Source: Waddliaceae bacterium (GTDB taxonomy: Bacteria; Chlamydiota; Chlamydiia; Chlamydiales; SLFE01). From it: a stretch of 64,000 nucleotides of DNA. The notes beneath the pieces were generated by a model. It had not been told where the DNA came from. It did not search any database and saw only the letters and a list, made by a program, of their open reading frames with translations. Shown piece by piece: positions 39,470 to 49,723 of this stretch. The translations under genes and the position numbers were made by a program. How positions within the stretch are numbered: position 1 is the stretch's first letter; each line of letters starts with the position of its first letter. Where the stretch lies: contig CAWAPJ010000008.1 in the NCBI GenBank assembly GCA_963783885.1, forward strand, positions 96,001 through 160,000. The letters are read 5' to 3'.

Positions 39470-39540
39470 AGAAGTTTACACTGGCCAAATATTAGAATTT
39501 TTGGTATGATTTTCATACAAATATAAATAAGGAGATTTAA

Positions 39541-39909
39541 ATGCCTAGAATTATAGGTATCGATATTCCGGACAATAAAAGACTAGAGATTAGCCTGACG
39601 TATATTTACGGGATTGGACGACATTTAGCAATGGAAATTATCAATAAGCTTCAGTTCGATCCGGGTAAAAAAGCCAAAGAATTGACCCAGGATGAAATAG
39701 GACGGCTGAATGCGCTGCTTCAATCGGATTATATGGTCGAAGGTGATTTACGCAGGGACCGTCAAAACAACATTAAGCGGCTCATCAATATCCATTCCTA
39801 TAGAGGTTCTAGGCATCGACTTGGTCTTCCGGTCAGAGGGCAGAGAACTCAAACGAACGCGCGGACCAGAAAAGGAAGAAAGAAAACAGTAGCTAATAAG
39901 AAGAAATAG
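39541..39909 (+). CDS. rpsM: 30S ribosomal protein S13
   Basis: LTYIYGIG and [17 protein letters not shown]. Confidence 0.97.
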   Translation: MPRIIGIDIPDNKRLEISLTYIYGIGRHLAMEIINKLQFDPGKKAKELTQDEIGRLNALLQSDYMVEGDLRRDRQNNIKRLINIHSYRGSRHRLGLPVRGQRTQTNARTRKGRKKTVANKKK

Positions 39910-39920
39910 GGAGTAAAAAT

Positions 39921-40322
39921 TTGACTGCTAAACCAACACCAGGAAAAAAAAGCACGAAAAAGAAAAAGGCGCTTCATGTCCCCACAGGGGTTGTTCATGT
40001 CAAGGCGACATTCAATAACACCATAGTGACCATTACCGATATGGCAGGGCACGTTGTATCCTGGTCATCTGCGGGAAAATCAGGATTTAACCATTCGAAG
40101 AAATCATCTGCCTATGCAGCGAATGTTGCAGCTCAAAATGCTGCGCGCGATGCTATGACCTACGGTATGAAAGAAGCGGAAATCATAATTAAAGGACCGG
40201 GAGCCGGCAGAGAATCGGCTGTAAGAGGTGTTCAGAGCACCGGCCTGATGATCACGCAAATCAAGGACGAGACCCCTGTTCCGCACAATGGATGCAGGCC
40301 AAAAAAGCGTCGAAGAGTTTAA
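39921..40322 (+). CDS. rpsK: 30S ribosomal protein S11
   Basis: [21 protein letters not shown] and PHNGCRP; TTG start with a GGAG RBS. Confidence 0.96.
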   Translation: MTAKPTPGKKSTKKKKALHVPTGVVHVKATFNNTIVTITDMAGHVVSWSSAGKSGFNHSKKSSAYAANVAAQNAARDAMTYGMKEAEIIIKGPGAGRESAVRGVQSTGLMITQIKDETPVPHNGCRPKKRRRV

Positions 40323-40373
40323 ATTTTTAACAAAATTATTTTTTTGTTTGCAAACCAGTTTTAGGAGAAACAA

Positions 40374-41501
40374 ATGGCAGTAACTTATGGCAAGTTTGAA
40401 ATGCCAACAAAAATCACAGTGAATGAAGACAAAGCCAGGCCGAACTTTGCCCAGTTTATCGTAGAACCGTTTGAACGGGGATTCGGGCACACATTGGGCA
40501 ATTCAATGCGCCGAATTCTATTAACTTCCCTTGAAGCGCCTGCAATTGTATCGGTTAGGATCGAAGATGTTCCTCACGAGTATATGTCCGTAGAGGGCAT
40601 TATCGAAGATATGACCAATATCGTACTGAATCTCAAAGGGGCTCTTCTAAGAAAATTGCCATCAGACAATAGTGATTCTGCCCGCGATATCCGTGTTATA
40701 ACCTCCATTATTGAGGTCACTCAGGATGATTTAGACGAAAATGGCGGATATTACGAAGTCAAACTTGGCGATATCGTCCAGGATTCGTATTTCGAAGTCG
40801 TTAATCCGGATCACAAGCTATTTACCGCAACAGTCCCTATGAAAAGACAAATCGACCTCAAGGTTAAGATTGGGCGTGGATATGTTCCAACGGAAAGACT
40901 TGAGATATCTGATAAAGGCGTTGGGGAAATTCTCTTAGACGCTGCGTATTCACCCGTAAGGCTGGTCAACTACTTTGTCGAGCACACTCGGGTCGGAGAA
41001 GCGACAAATTACGACAGGCTTGTACTGGAAGTGGAAACGGATGGAAGAGTCAGTCCTGCCGAAGCGGTTACGTTTGCGTCGCAGATAGGACTCAAACACT
41101 TCGATGTGTTTAATCAAGTGAAGACACACGCGATCGTATTCGAGGACAGAGAGAAAAAATCATCTTCCGAAGATGACGAATTGCTTGAAAAGCTGGCCCT
41201 GAAAATCGATGAAATTGAACTTTCTGTACGTTCGACAAACTGCCTTAGCGGAGCCAACATTGAAACAATTGCGGAACTTATCTTAATTCCCGAAAGAAAA
41301 ATGCTAGAATTTAAGAATTTTGGGAAGAAATCTCTAAATGAAATCAAACAAAAGCTTCATGAGATGGGTCTGTCGCTTGGCACGGACCTGTCAAGATATG
41401 GAATTACACTTGATAATGTGAAACCAAAAATGCGTGAATACCATGAACTTCATAGAGAAAATCATGAGGCGTTAGCAGGCGAGGAGCGAAATGAGGCATA
41501 G
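40374..41501 (+). CDS. rpoA: RNA polymerase alpha subunit
   Basis: [32 protein letters not shown] and NFGKKSL. Confidence 0.97.
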   Translation: MAVTYGKFEMPTKITVNEDKARPNFAQFIVEPFERGFGHTLGNSMRRILLTSLEAPAIVSVRIEDVPHEYMSVEGIIEDMTNIVLNLKGALLRKLPSDNSDSARDIRVITSIIEVTQDDLDENGGYYEVKLGDIVQDSYFEVVNPDHKLFTATVPMKRQIDLKVKIGRGYVPTERLEISDKGVGEILLDAAYSPVRLVNYFVEHTRVGEATNYDRLVLEVETDGRVSPAEAVTFASQIGLKHFDVFNQVKTHAIVFEDREKKSSSEDDELLEKLALKIDEIELSVRSTNCLSGANIETIAELILIPERKMLEFKNFGKKSLNEIKQKLHEMGLSLGTDLSRYGITLDNVKPKMREYHELHRENHEALAGEERNEA

Positions 41502-41919
41502 AAAAAAAACAGCTAAACTTGGGAGAAATACCTCCCATCGCCGTTGTATGATGGCAAATTTACTGAAGTCGCTTATTTACAACGGACGAATCACAACGAC
41601 TTTGGCTAAAGCCAAAATCCTTAGGTCTTATGCCGATCGTATGGTCACCTTAGCGAAAAAAAATACATTAGCAAGCAAAAGGCAGGCTATCGGCAAGTTA
41701 ATGATCCGGTTCAACGAATTGACGCCTAAACAAGCCAGGCAAGCTAAATCGGGAGATAAAAGTTCGTATAATGTTGATCGTCAGGTCATTGATATTTTAT
41801 TTAACGAGCTTGGCAATAGATTCTCCGAAAGAGACGGGGGGTATACCCGCATTATTAAATCGGGGAATCGAACCGGTGATAATGCACAAACATGCGTCAT
41901 TGAGTACCTTGAGGCTTAA
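41491..41919 (+). CDS. rplQ: 50S ribosomal protein L17
   Basis: MRHRK...LGRNTSHR and GGYTRI. Confidence 0.97.
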   Translation: MRHRKKTAKLGRNTSHRRCMMANLLKSLIYNGRITTTLAKAKILRSYADRMVTLAKKNTLASKRQAIGKLMIRFNELTPKQARQAKSGDKSSYNVDRQVIDILFNELGNRFSERDGGYTRIIKSGNRTGDNAQTCVIEYLEA

Positions 41920-41955
41920 TTTTCCTATATGAGGGGATTGTTGGGAGTATAATAG

Positions 41956-43065
<1,110 letters not shown>

Positions 43066-43141
43066 ATATACTGGAAATGGGCAAAGCTTTTTGCCTTTCC
43101 TAGTTAAAGCCATAGTCTAATTAAAACAATAGGAATTAATC

Positions 43142-43884
43142 GTGGACTTTACAAGAGAACCTGTGATTGAGACGGTGATTACTCCTCGGGAGGGTTGCAA
43201 ACTCGTAATTCGCAGTAGTAAAAGCACCAGTCAAGAAGAATATTTTGTCGATGCCGTAGAAGTTGTGTCATTTGGCAATGCCTTCTTCTATCGCTCTTTG
43301 GAAAAACCAAAAAGCTTCTTACTTCCTGTCATTGATTATGAAGTTCTTGAGGTTCGGGAAGCGCGCATGGTATTAAAGCATGTAGGAAGCGACAAATCAA
43401 TTAAAATAGGTGGAGGCCGTTCGGATAAGCCGGAGAAAAAAGAGGCCAAGAAGGAGCAGGAGGAAAAATCCCCCAAAAAAAGAGAACGCCGCCGGCAGCA
43501 GCGAAGACGCCGTCCTGCCAAAGGGGAGGAGCATCAGCCCGAGAAGGTTGAATTGCCCAAGCCTCCGGAAAATTTATCTGAAACAGAATCGCCTGCCGAT
43601 TCCGACGAGAATCTCCGTCGAACATCATAAGATCATTGCTTAGCAGTCCTCCGCCGCTCATATCCGAGACCATCAACCAATACCGCGAAAGCTATGGCCA
43701 GGCATTTTATGAAAAGGACGAAGAGTCTGAGGAAGAATCCGAGATCCCTTCGCTTGAAGAAGTACCCGAAGAACCGACCGACGATCCTCCACTCGAACCC
43801 TATGCGGAAGAGCAGGAGCTGCCGGCGGAGTCGCAAAAGTCCTCCATACTCAAAGACCTTTGGAATTTTTCAGACGAGCAGTAA
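43142..43884 (+). CDS. grgA: GrgA-like chlamydial transcription factor, split by an apparent 1-bp frameshift
   Basis: The N-terminus FTREPVIETVITPREG.KL..R.SK...VDAVEVV matches my recall of Chlamydia GrgA (CT504), which also follows gapA. It has a basic central region. The PPPLISE tail is in the -1 frame. Confidence 0.75.
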
Positions 43885-43890
43885 TCAAGC

Positions 43891-43917
43891 GGGCCCGATT
43901 CCTCGGGCCCTTATTTT
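43891..43917 (+). terminator. Rho-independent terminator
   Basis: GGGCCCGA-TTCC-TCGGGCCC followed by TTATTTT. Confidence 0.75.
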
Positions 43918-43919
43918 CA

Positions 43920-43948
43920 TTGACTCCAAGCCCATAATTTGGTACATT
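43920..43948 (+). promoter_or_regulatory. Promoter of tRNA-Leu
   Basis: TTGACT-17 bp-TACATT, 21 bp upstream of the tRNA. Confidence 0.55.
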
Positions 43949-43969
43949 TTTAAGTTCCGAATCCTCGAT

Positions 43970-44052
43970 GCTCGGGTGGCGGAATGGTAGACGCTGGGGA
44001 CTTAAAATCCCTTGGTAGAAATACCGTGTGGGTTCGAGTCCCACCTCGAGCA
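43970..44052 (+). tRNA. tRNA-Leu (anticodon TAA)
   Basis: Acceptor GCTCGGG/CTCGAGC, D-loop GGAATGGTAGAC, anticodon arm GGGGA-CTTAAAA-TCCCT, long variable arm and GGTTCGAGTCC T-arm. CCA is not encoded. Confidence 0.95.
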
Positions 44053-44174
44053 AACTTATAATAAGCAGGTTATGATTTTTTAAAACAGAAGTTGTAACCT
44101 TGCTAAGTTTACAAGGCACACCTATGGCACAATTATAAAAGATAAATAACGGCAAAAATCGACAATATACGATA

Positions 44175-45188
44175 ATGAATCAAGAGAAATTTAAGGTTAC
44201 ATCAGCAGAGGAACTTCTGTTATTGGGTAATGTCTATGTTGCTTCTCGTGCTTTGCATACCGTAGCTCAGATGAAGATAGCCGACTTGTTTGAGGGAAAA
44301 TCAGAGTCAGTTGAGAGCCTGGCTCAGAAACGCGGTTTATCTCCCTTAGCACTTAAGCGTATTTTACGAGTCCTTTCTCCTTTTGGAATTTTTAATGAAG
44401 ATGATGATGGTTCTTTTTCCCTAACAGAAATTGGATGTATGCTTAAGTCAGGCCATCCCTCTATGATGCGTAATCTTCTGTATTGTGAAGATTGTCGTTG
44501 GAATAGCTTTGGTCAAATGAGCAACACTACAAAAACTGGGAAAACGGGATTTTCTAAGTTATACGAGAAGGAATACTTTGAATACATTAGTCAAATCCCT
44601 GAGTTGCAGGAGGGGTTTGATAGACATATGAAAGCTGTTTCAAAAAATGAAGACAGAGTTATTGCAGCAAAGCTGCCTCTTCAAACTAGAAAACAATGCA
44701 CAGACATAGGATGTGGAAAAGCAGGTCTTCTCAGTGCTGTTTTAGATTGCTACCCACAAATCAAAGGAGGGGCCTTTGAGCTACCTGGTGTTGCAGAGGA
44801 AGACATCGACAAGTTGTCAAAAAAATATCAGGGTCGTATCGAAGTTTTTTCGGGAAGTTTTTTTGATGCTCTTCCATTTTGTAGTGATTCCATTATTCTA
44901 AAACGTATTCTACATGACTGGGATGATGAACGTTGCGTCGAAATTCTTTCTAGGTGCCGTGAAGCGTTAACTGAAACGGGCGAGATTTATATCGTTGAAT
45001 CCATACTGAAAGGCAAACAAGACCCCTTACTGTTGCGGATATTTGACCTATTACTATTGACGGTTTTCGGTGGATTTGAGCGTTCATTGGAAGAGTATAA
45101 AAAAATATTGTTCAAATCAGGACTGAAGGTTCAATATATTATATCGACCGAAGTGCCAATGTCTGTTATTGTCTGCTCTAAGTCTTAA
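44175..45188 (+). CDS. SAM-dependent O-methyltransferase (COMT/ASMT-like)
   Basis: N-terminal dimerisation wHTH, DIGCGKA, GSFFD, KRILHDWDD and GGFERS. Confidence 0.88.
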   Translation: MNQEKFKVTSAEELLLLGNVYVASRALHTVAQMKIADLFEGKSESVESLAQKRGLSPLALKRILRVLSPFGIFNEDDDGSFSLTEIGCMLKSGHPSMMRNLLYCEDCRWNSFGQMSNTTKTGKTGFSKLYEKEYFEYISQIPELQEGFDRHMKAVSKNEDRVIAAKLPLQTRKQCTDIGCGKAGLLSAVLDCYPQIKGGAFELPGVAEEDIDKLSKKYQGRIEVFSGSFFDALPFCSDSIILKRILHDWDDERCVEILSRCREALTETGEIYIVESILKGKQDPLLLRIFDLLLLTVFGGFERSLEEYKKILFKSGLKVQYIISTEVPMSVIVCSKS

Positions 45189-45206
45189 GAGTATGAGGAA
45201 GAGTTT

Positions 45207-45631
45207 ATGAGCTTAGATATTATTGCAAGCTTTCCTCCAAAAGAAGAGGAGGTGCTAGCATTAAGAAAAGGTCTACAAGCCTTTAACGTGAAGACATTAT
45301 CTCAGCTCGAAGACAGCGTTCATGAGTTTGGGTTTTTTCTGTATGAAAAGGGTATTGTTTGAGGGGGTATTACGGGACGAACTTTTCTTGGGTCACTTCA
45401 AATAAAGTATCTCTGGATTAGTAAAAATTGTCAAGAGAAGGGTTTTGGAAGGCAGTTGATAAGTCAGGCAGAAAATTTGGGAAACAATATGGTTGTAGAT
45501 TTTCGATTGCCGATACCTTGTCCTTTCAATCCTTAGGGTTCTATAAAAGGGTTGGTTACTCAATAGAGTTAGCTCAAAAAGGCTATGACAATGATGAAAT
45601 TGCCTACTATCTAAGAAAGCAGCTTTCATAA
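45207..45631 (+). pseudogene. GNAT acetyltransferase pseudogene
   Basis: MSLDIIAS...EKGIV*GGITGR...LWISKNCQEKGFGRQLISQAE has an in-frame TGA at 45360-45362. A frameshift near 45475 then leads to FGKQYGC...TLSFQSLGFYKRVGY. Confidence 0.8.
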
Positions 45632-45767
45632 GAACTAGATTTTCGAAAGGGGAAGCTGATTTTTGGTGGGAATGGACTGCTGAGCGTAAGACTTTACAAG
45701 ATAATGGAAGTTAGTGCACGTGGTTCAGTGACTCCTTGCATTTTTTTCATGAAGAGGAATTAAACAA

Positions 45768-46313
45768 ATGACGACAGGTCATGTATTTATAGCAACAAGC
45801 CTTGATGGATTTATAGCTAGAAAAGACCATGCCCTTGATTGGCTGCCTCAGGAAAAAATAGAAGGTGAAGACCTTGGATATGAAACTTTTATATCAAGTA
45901 TCGATGGACTTATCATGGGACGGGGAACGTTTGAAAAGGTTCTTACTTTTGGAGATTGGCCTTACCAGAAGCCTGTGATTGTGTTGAGTAAAACCCTAAC
46001 GCAAGATGCTATTCCAGATGAATTAGAAGGAAAAGTTCGCTTATCTCAGCTCACACCAAGAGAAATTATGCAATCTCTTAATCAAGAGGGATGGAAACGC
46101 GCCTATGTGGACGGCGGGCAAATTGTCCAATCTTTTCTTAAAGAGGGTTTGATTGATGACATAGTCGTTACTCTTATTCCGATTTTAATAGGAGAAGGAA
46201 TTCGACTTTTTGGAAAAACTGATAGTGATGTAAACCTAAAGTTAGTCGCTTCGCAGGCTTTTCCTTTATCGGGGATGGTTCAAAATCAATACAAAGTTCT
46301 TTATTCTGAATAA
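45768..46313 (+). CDS. Dihydrofolate reductase family protein (RibD C-terminal-like)
   Basis: FIATSLDGFIA, MGRGTFE, YVDGG and IPILIGEGIRLF. Confidence 0.88.
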   Translation: MTTGHVFIATSLDGFIARKDHALDWLPQEKIEGEDLGYETFISSIDGLIMGRGTFEKVLTFGDWPYQKPVIVLSKTLTQDAIPDELEGKVRLSQLTPREIMQSLNQEGWKRAYVDGGQIVQSFLKEGLIDDIVVTLIPILIGEGIRLFGKTDSDVNLKLVASQAFPLSGMVQNQYKVLYSE

Positions 46314-46476
46314 TAAAACGATTTAAGTGTCTGATTATGTATCTTCCTAGCGATTTCGAAAATAGCCGCTGCACCAATATCATGAAAATGATAACATTGG
46401 TGCATGGGAAGGGCTTTGTTGCGTAATTAACCACAGAGCTCACAAGAGCGCACAGAGAGAATATGAGAGATTTGAT

Positions 46477-47421
46477 TTAAGCTGCTATTAATTCACTTTC
46501 AGGCATTCCCAGCTTTGTCATTATATTTAGTGCTTCACATTTTGCCCTTGATTCAGCCCTTTGGGTTTCCAGAGTTCTACTTCTTAAATCATTTCCAAAG
46601 AATCGTTTAAATCTAAACATGGCTGTTTCTGCAAGTGATCGACTATGATAACCTTTCAACTTTTTCCATAATTTTCTTGCATCATCATCACCTCCTAAAC
46701 CTGAAATTTCCAGCAAACTGATATTCCGCATCTTCCAAGAAGGAGATATGTTTTCTCGAAAAACAGCATTCCTATTGGGTGGAATAATAGGAATTGAGCC
46801 GTGAACTACATTTGCAGCATAGCATCGCTTAGTATCATAAGCCCCATCTCCATATGTGCGCTTAACTGATTTCGGCATTACCTCGAGAAGTTTTGGATAC
46901 ACTTCACAATCTGCAACGTTATTTTCAGTAAGAATTTCGAAAATAATTTCGTGAGAGTCAGGGCAGACTGCCAGATGGAGCTTTCTCCATGTTCGCCTTT
47001 TACTGATTCCATGCTGCCTAACTTTCCATTCACCCTCTCCGTACACTTTCAAACCGGTTGAATCGATTACAATATTGGTGACTTTTTTTTTCGAAAGTTT
47101 CTTCAACTCTTGCCCCAACAACTTAGCTCTCCGACAAATTTGAGTATAAGAAGGAATCGATAAACCAACAGATAAAATCATAACAAGAGATGTCAAAAAT
47201 CCTTCGAGTGCTCTCAATGGAAGATGAAAAACCGATCGAATAATGAGCGCGGTGAGAATAGCGTCATCAGAATAGAGTTTTGGACGCCCCTTTTTTCCTA
47301 TTTCTTTTGGAGCCATCCACTTATTGATAGCATCTTCAGAAAACCAAACAGTTATGCTTCCCCTTTGAATAAGAGATTTGTTATAGTCGTTCCAGTTGCG
47401 AATGCGATATTTTGCCTTCAT
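46477..47421 (-). CDS. IS5-family (IS903 group) transposase
   Basis: YRIRNWNDYNKSLIQRGSITVW, IDSTGLKVYGEGEW, RRTWRKLH, GDGAYD and GYHSRSLAETAMFRFK. Confidence 0.95.
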   Translation of the reverse strand: MKAKYRIRNWNDYNKSLIQRGSITVWFSEDAINKWMAPKEIGKKGRPKLYSDDAILTALIIRSVFHLPLRALEGFLTSLVMILSVGLSIPSYTQICRRAKLLGQELKKLSKKKVTNIVIDSTGLKVYGEGEWKVRQHGISKRRTWRKLHLAVCPDSHEIIFEILTENNVADCEVYPKLLEVMPKSVKRTYGDGAYDTKRCYAANVVHGSIPIIPPNRNAVFRENISPSWKMRNISLLEISGLGGDDDARKLWKKLKGYHSRSLAETAMFRFKRFFGNDLRSRTLETQRAESRAKCEALNIMTKLGMPESELIAA

Positions 47422-47505
47422 CTTGATCCTCCAATTTGTTGCAACTAAAAATTAGAGTATTAGGTATTTGTCGGCAAGCTCGCATTCGCCCTTTTTGGAG
47501 AAAAG

Positions 47506-47913
47506 ATGACTAGTACCCACACAACTGAAGAAGCCAACCAAAAAAGAAATGACCTTTTAACAGGGGAAATCATAGGTGCTGCGATTGAAGTTCATCGAAG
47601 ATTAGGTCCAGGCTTGCTTGAATCGACATACGAAACTTGTCTTTGCTACGAGTTGAACCTTGCGGGTTTGAAAGTTAACCGGCAGATACCAGTACCTATT
47701 ATTTATCGTGATAAAAAGCTAGACTCAGGCTACCGGATCGATATGATAGTGGAAGATAAGGTTATTTTGGAGATAAAATCTGTGGCCAATCTCTTGCCTG
47801 TTCATGAGGCCCAACTTCTATCCTATCTTAAGCATAATGGTGGTGGCAGAGGTTTGCTCATCAATTTCAATGTAAAACTTCTAAAAAATGGGATTAGGCG
47901 TCTAATCATTTAA
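47506..47913 (+). CDS. GxxExxY family protein (PD-(D/E)XK-like)
   Basis: IIGAAIEVHRRLGPGLLESTYE, YRIDMIVEDKVILEIKSV, AQLLSYLK and GLLINF. Confidence 0.92.
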   Translation: MTSTHTTEEANQKRNDLLTGEIIGAAIEVHRRLGPGLLESTYETCLCYELNLAGLKVNRQIPVPIIYRDKKLDSGYRIDMIVEDKVILEIKSVANLLPVHEAQLLSYLKHNGGGRGLLINFNVKLLKNGIRRLII

Positions 47914-48177
47914 TTCCTCTCTCATAATCTCTCAGTGAGCTCGGTGGTCTCAGTGGTGATTTATGCAACAACGCCGCGAAAAGTAGCCCATTCAGTTAAT
48001 TTTTTATTGTAATATAGCAGTACAAGTTTTTCTATTTTTCCATTTGGGCATTTGACCTTATTTAAAAAACAGCGAAGGAAATGAGAACAATAAACTGGGA
48101 GTTTACCTGTGACAAAGCTCGCGACAAGATAGGCATTATTCAAAGGTTAATAGTTTGTATGTGCCTCCGGAATTTAT

Positions 48178-48735
48178 TTAAAGAATTTTATTGACTAGCC
48201 TATAGAGAACGTGGGGGCGCAAGGGGTGCCCCTCCGGAAGTTTGGAATGATTAAAATCGTCTTTGGGGTCGCGGGTCATGCCCAGCTTTTCCATCAATTT
48301 GATGGAACGGATATTCCGTGCGCTCGTGAATGAAACAATCTCTTCAAGCTTTAAGTCCTCGAAACCATACTTTTTAACTTTTGAAGCGGCTTCGAATGCG
48401 TATCCTTTCCCCTGATGTTCATAGGCGAGTCTCCAGCCGATTTCAATACAAGGGGTAAAGGATGCAGGAAAGTCCTGGTAGTGGAGGCCGACAAAGCCAA
48501 TGAAGGGGGCGCCGCCGATCACTTCTACCGCCCAGAGCCCATAGTCTCGTTCCTCGAGCTCCCATTGAATTTTTTCTGCAAGGGAGTCGCTTTCTTCTCG
48601 GGTCAGCGGGGAGGGAAAAAATTCCATCACTCTTTTGTCGGCGTTCATTTTGGCAAATTCAGAAAGATCTTGGGGTTTCCATTGCCGTAAAATCAGTCTT
48701 TTAGTCTTGAGTGTCGGGACTGGCATTGTTTTCAT
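48178..48735 (-). CDS. RimJ/RimL-type GNAT acetyltransferase
   Basis: LKTKRLILRQW, EIGWRL..EHQGKGYA and NIRSIKLMEKLGM. Confidence 0.9.
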   Translation of the reverse strand: MKTMPVPTLKTKRLILRQWKPQDLSEFAKMNADKRVMEFFPSPLTREESDSLAEKIQWELEERDYGLWAVEVIGGAPFIGFVGLHYQDFPASFTPCIEIGWRLAYEHQGKGYAFEAASKVKKYGFEDLKLEEIVSFTSARNIRSIKLMEKLGMTRDPKDDFNHSKLPEGHPLRPHVLYRLVNKIL

Positions 48736-48826
48736 ATATTTTATGCTGTTTAGTCATTTCTAACAAGATGATTTGTCCGAAAATGTTTCTTGCTTTATGA
48801 TTCATGATCTATTTTGAGAGGGGATA

Positions 48827-49255
48827 ATGACAACAGAACCGAGAGTCGGCGTGGGAGTTTTGGTAATGAAGGAAGGTGCGGTTCTTTTGGGCGAGAGGAT
48901 CAATGCCCATGGCGCCGGAACATGGTGCCCTCCGGGAGGCCATCTGGAGTTCGGGGAAACCCCGGAGGAGTGCGCGGCAAGAGAATTGGAAGAAGAGACA
49001 GGTCTTGTGGCTAAAGAGGTCGTTGCCGGTCCCTGGACAAATGATTTTTTTGAGATCGAGGGCAAACATTATATAACTTTATATATGATTGTTCCAGAGT
49101 TCAAAGGAACTCCTGTGGTTAAAGAGCCTGATAAGTGTTTGCAGTGGAAATGGTTTGAGTGCGACAGGCTGCCCTCTCAGCTTTTTTTGAGCTTGTCAAA
49201 TCTGCTCAAGGAAACTTCGTTATTTGAATTGATTTCTAAAACGATTTCACCGTAA
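48827..49255 (+). CDS. NUDIX hydrolase (NUDT15-like)
   Basis: PRVGVGV, Nudix box GGHLEFGETPEECAARELEEETG and EPDKC..W.W. Confidence 0.92.
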   Translation: MTTEPRVGVGVLVMKEGAVLLGERINAHGAGTWCPPGGHLEFGETPEECAARELEEETGLVAKEVVAGPWTNDFFEIEGKHYITLYMIVPEFKGTPVVKEPDKCLQWKWFECDRLPSQLFLSLSNLLKETSLFELISKTISP

Positions 49256-49282
49256 AATCGCCGGTATTTACGGAGGTTTTCT

Positions 49283-49714
49283 ATGTTAAGACATCTTTTC
49301 TCACTTTTTTTAGTCAGCGGAGTTCTCTCTGCCGATCCTGCGGCTGTCTGCGTTCCCCACGATTCGATTCCTAAATTCGGTCATAACGGAAATACCTTTC
49401 AGACACTTTCCTCGAAAGCTTTGGGAGCTAAGGAGTATGAAGTCTGGAGATCGAGCATCGCGGTGGGGTCGAGAACTACCAGGCATGTTCATGAAACCGA
49501 AGAAGTTTTTATCATCCTTCAAGGAAAGATTTTAGCAATTGTCGGAGATGAGGAAATTCTTTGCGAGGCGCCTTCAACACTCATCTGCCCGGCAAATGTC
49601 GCTCATCAGCTATTTAATGTCGGAGACGTGCGGACCGACCATTTTCTGGTCATCGGCATCGATTCGGCCATCAATGATGAGGACGGAAATGAAATGCATC
49701 TCCCTTGGCGGTGA
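49283..49714 (+). CDS. Secreted cupin-domain protein
   Basis: Signal peptide, HVHETEEVF and PANVAHQ. Confidence 0.8.
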   Translation: MLRHLFSLFLVSGVLSADPAAVCVPHDSIPKFGHNGNTFQTLSSKALGAKEYEVWRSSIAVGSRTTRHVHETEEVFIILQGKILAIVGDEEILCEAPSTLICPANVAHQLFNVGDVRTDHFLVIGIDSAINDEDGNEMHLPWR

Positions 49715-49723
49715 AGTTGATTT

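Larger units (their letters stand above)
46412..47975. mobile_element. IS5-family (IS903 group) element with GxxExxY passenger and ~59-bp imperfect inverted ends
   Basis: Left GGCTTTGTTGCGTAA and right TTATGCAACAACGCC are IS903-like termini. The inverted similarity extends over 46412-46470 / 47918-47975. No flanking direct repeat is visible. Confidence 0.8.

Noticed and set aside
29634..41919. Absence of rpsJ, rpsN, rpmD, adk, infA, rpmJ and rpsD from the ribosomal cluster
   Set aside because: This matches the usual Chlamydiae arrangement and is not a novelty.
45360..45362. In-frame TGA as selenocysteine or recoding
   Set aside because: The same gene also has a frameshift and the position is not catalytic; simple pseudogenisation fits better.
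46370..46404. GAAA-capped bulged hairpin (TGCACCAAT-ATCAT-GAAA-ATGAT-AAC-ATTGGTGCA) resembling group II intron domain V
   Set aside because: It lacks the AGC/CGC triad with its G.U pair, and there is no domain VI or RT gene. It is more likely a terminator-like stem next to the IS.
47961..48143. 60-aa minus-strand ORF running into the IS end
   Set aside because: No RBS or motif; I cannot support it as a truncated gene.
44175..49714. Integron cassette array
   Set aside because: No attC-like RYYYAAC...GTTRRRY pairs were found, gene orientations are mixed, and there is no integrase.
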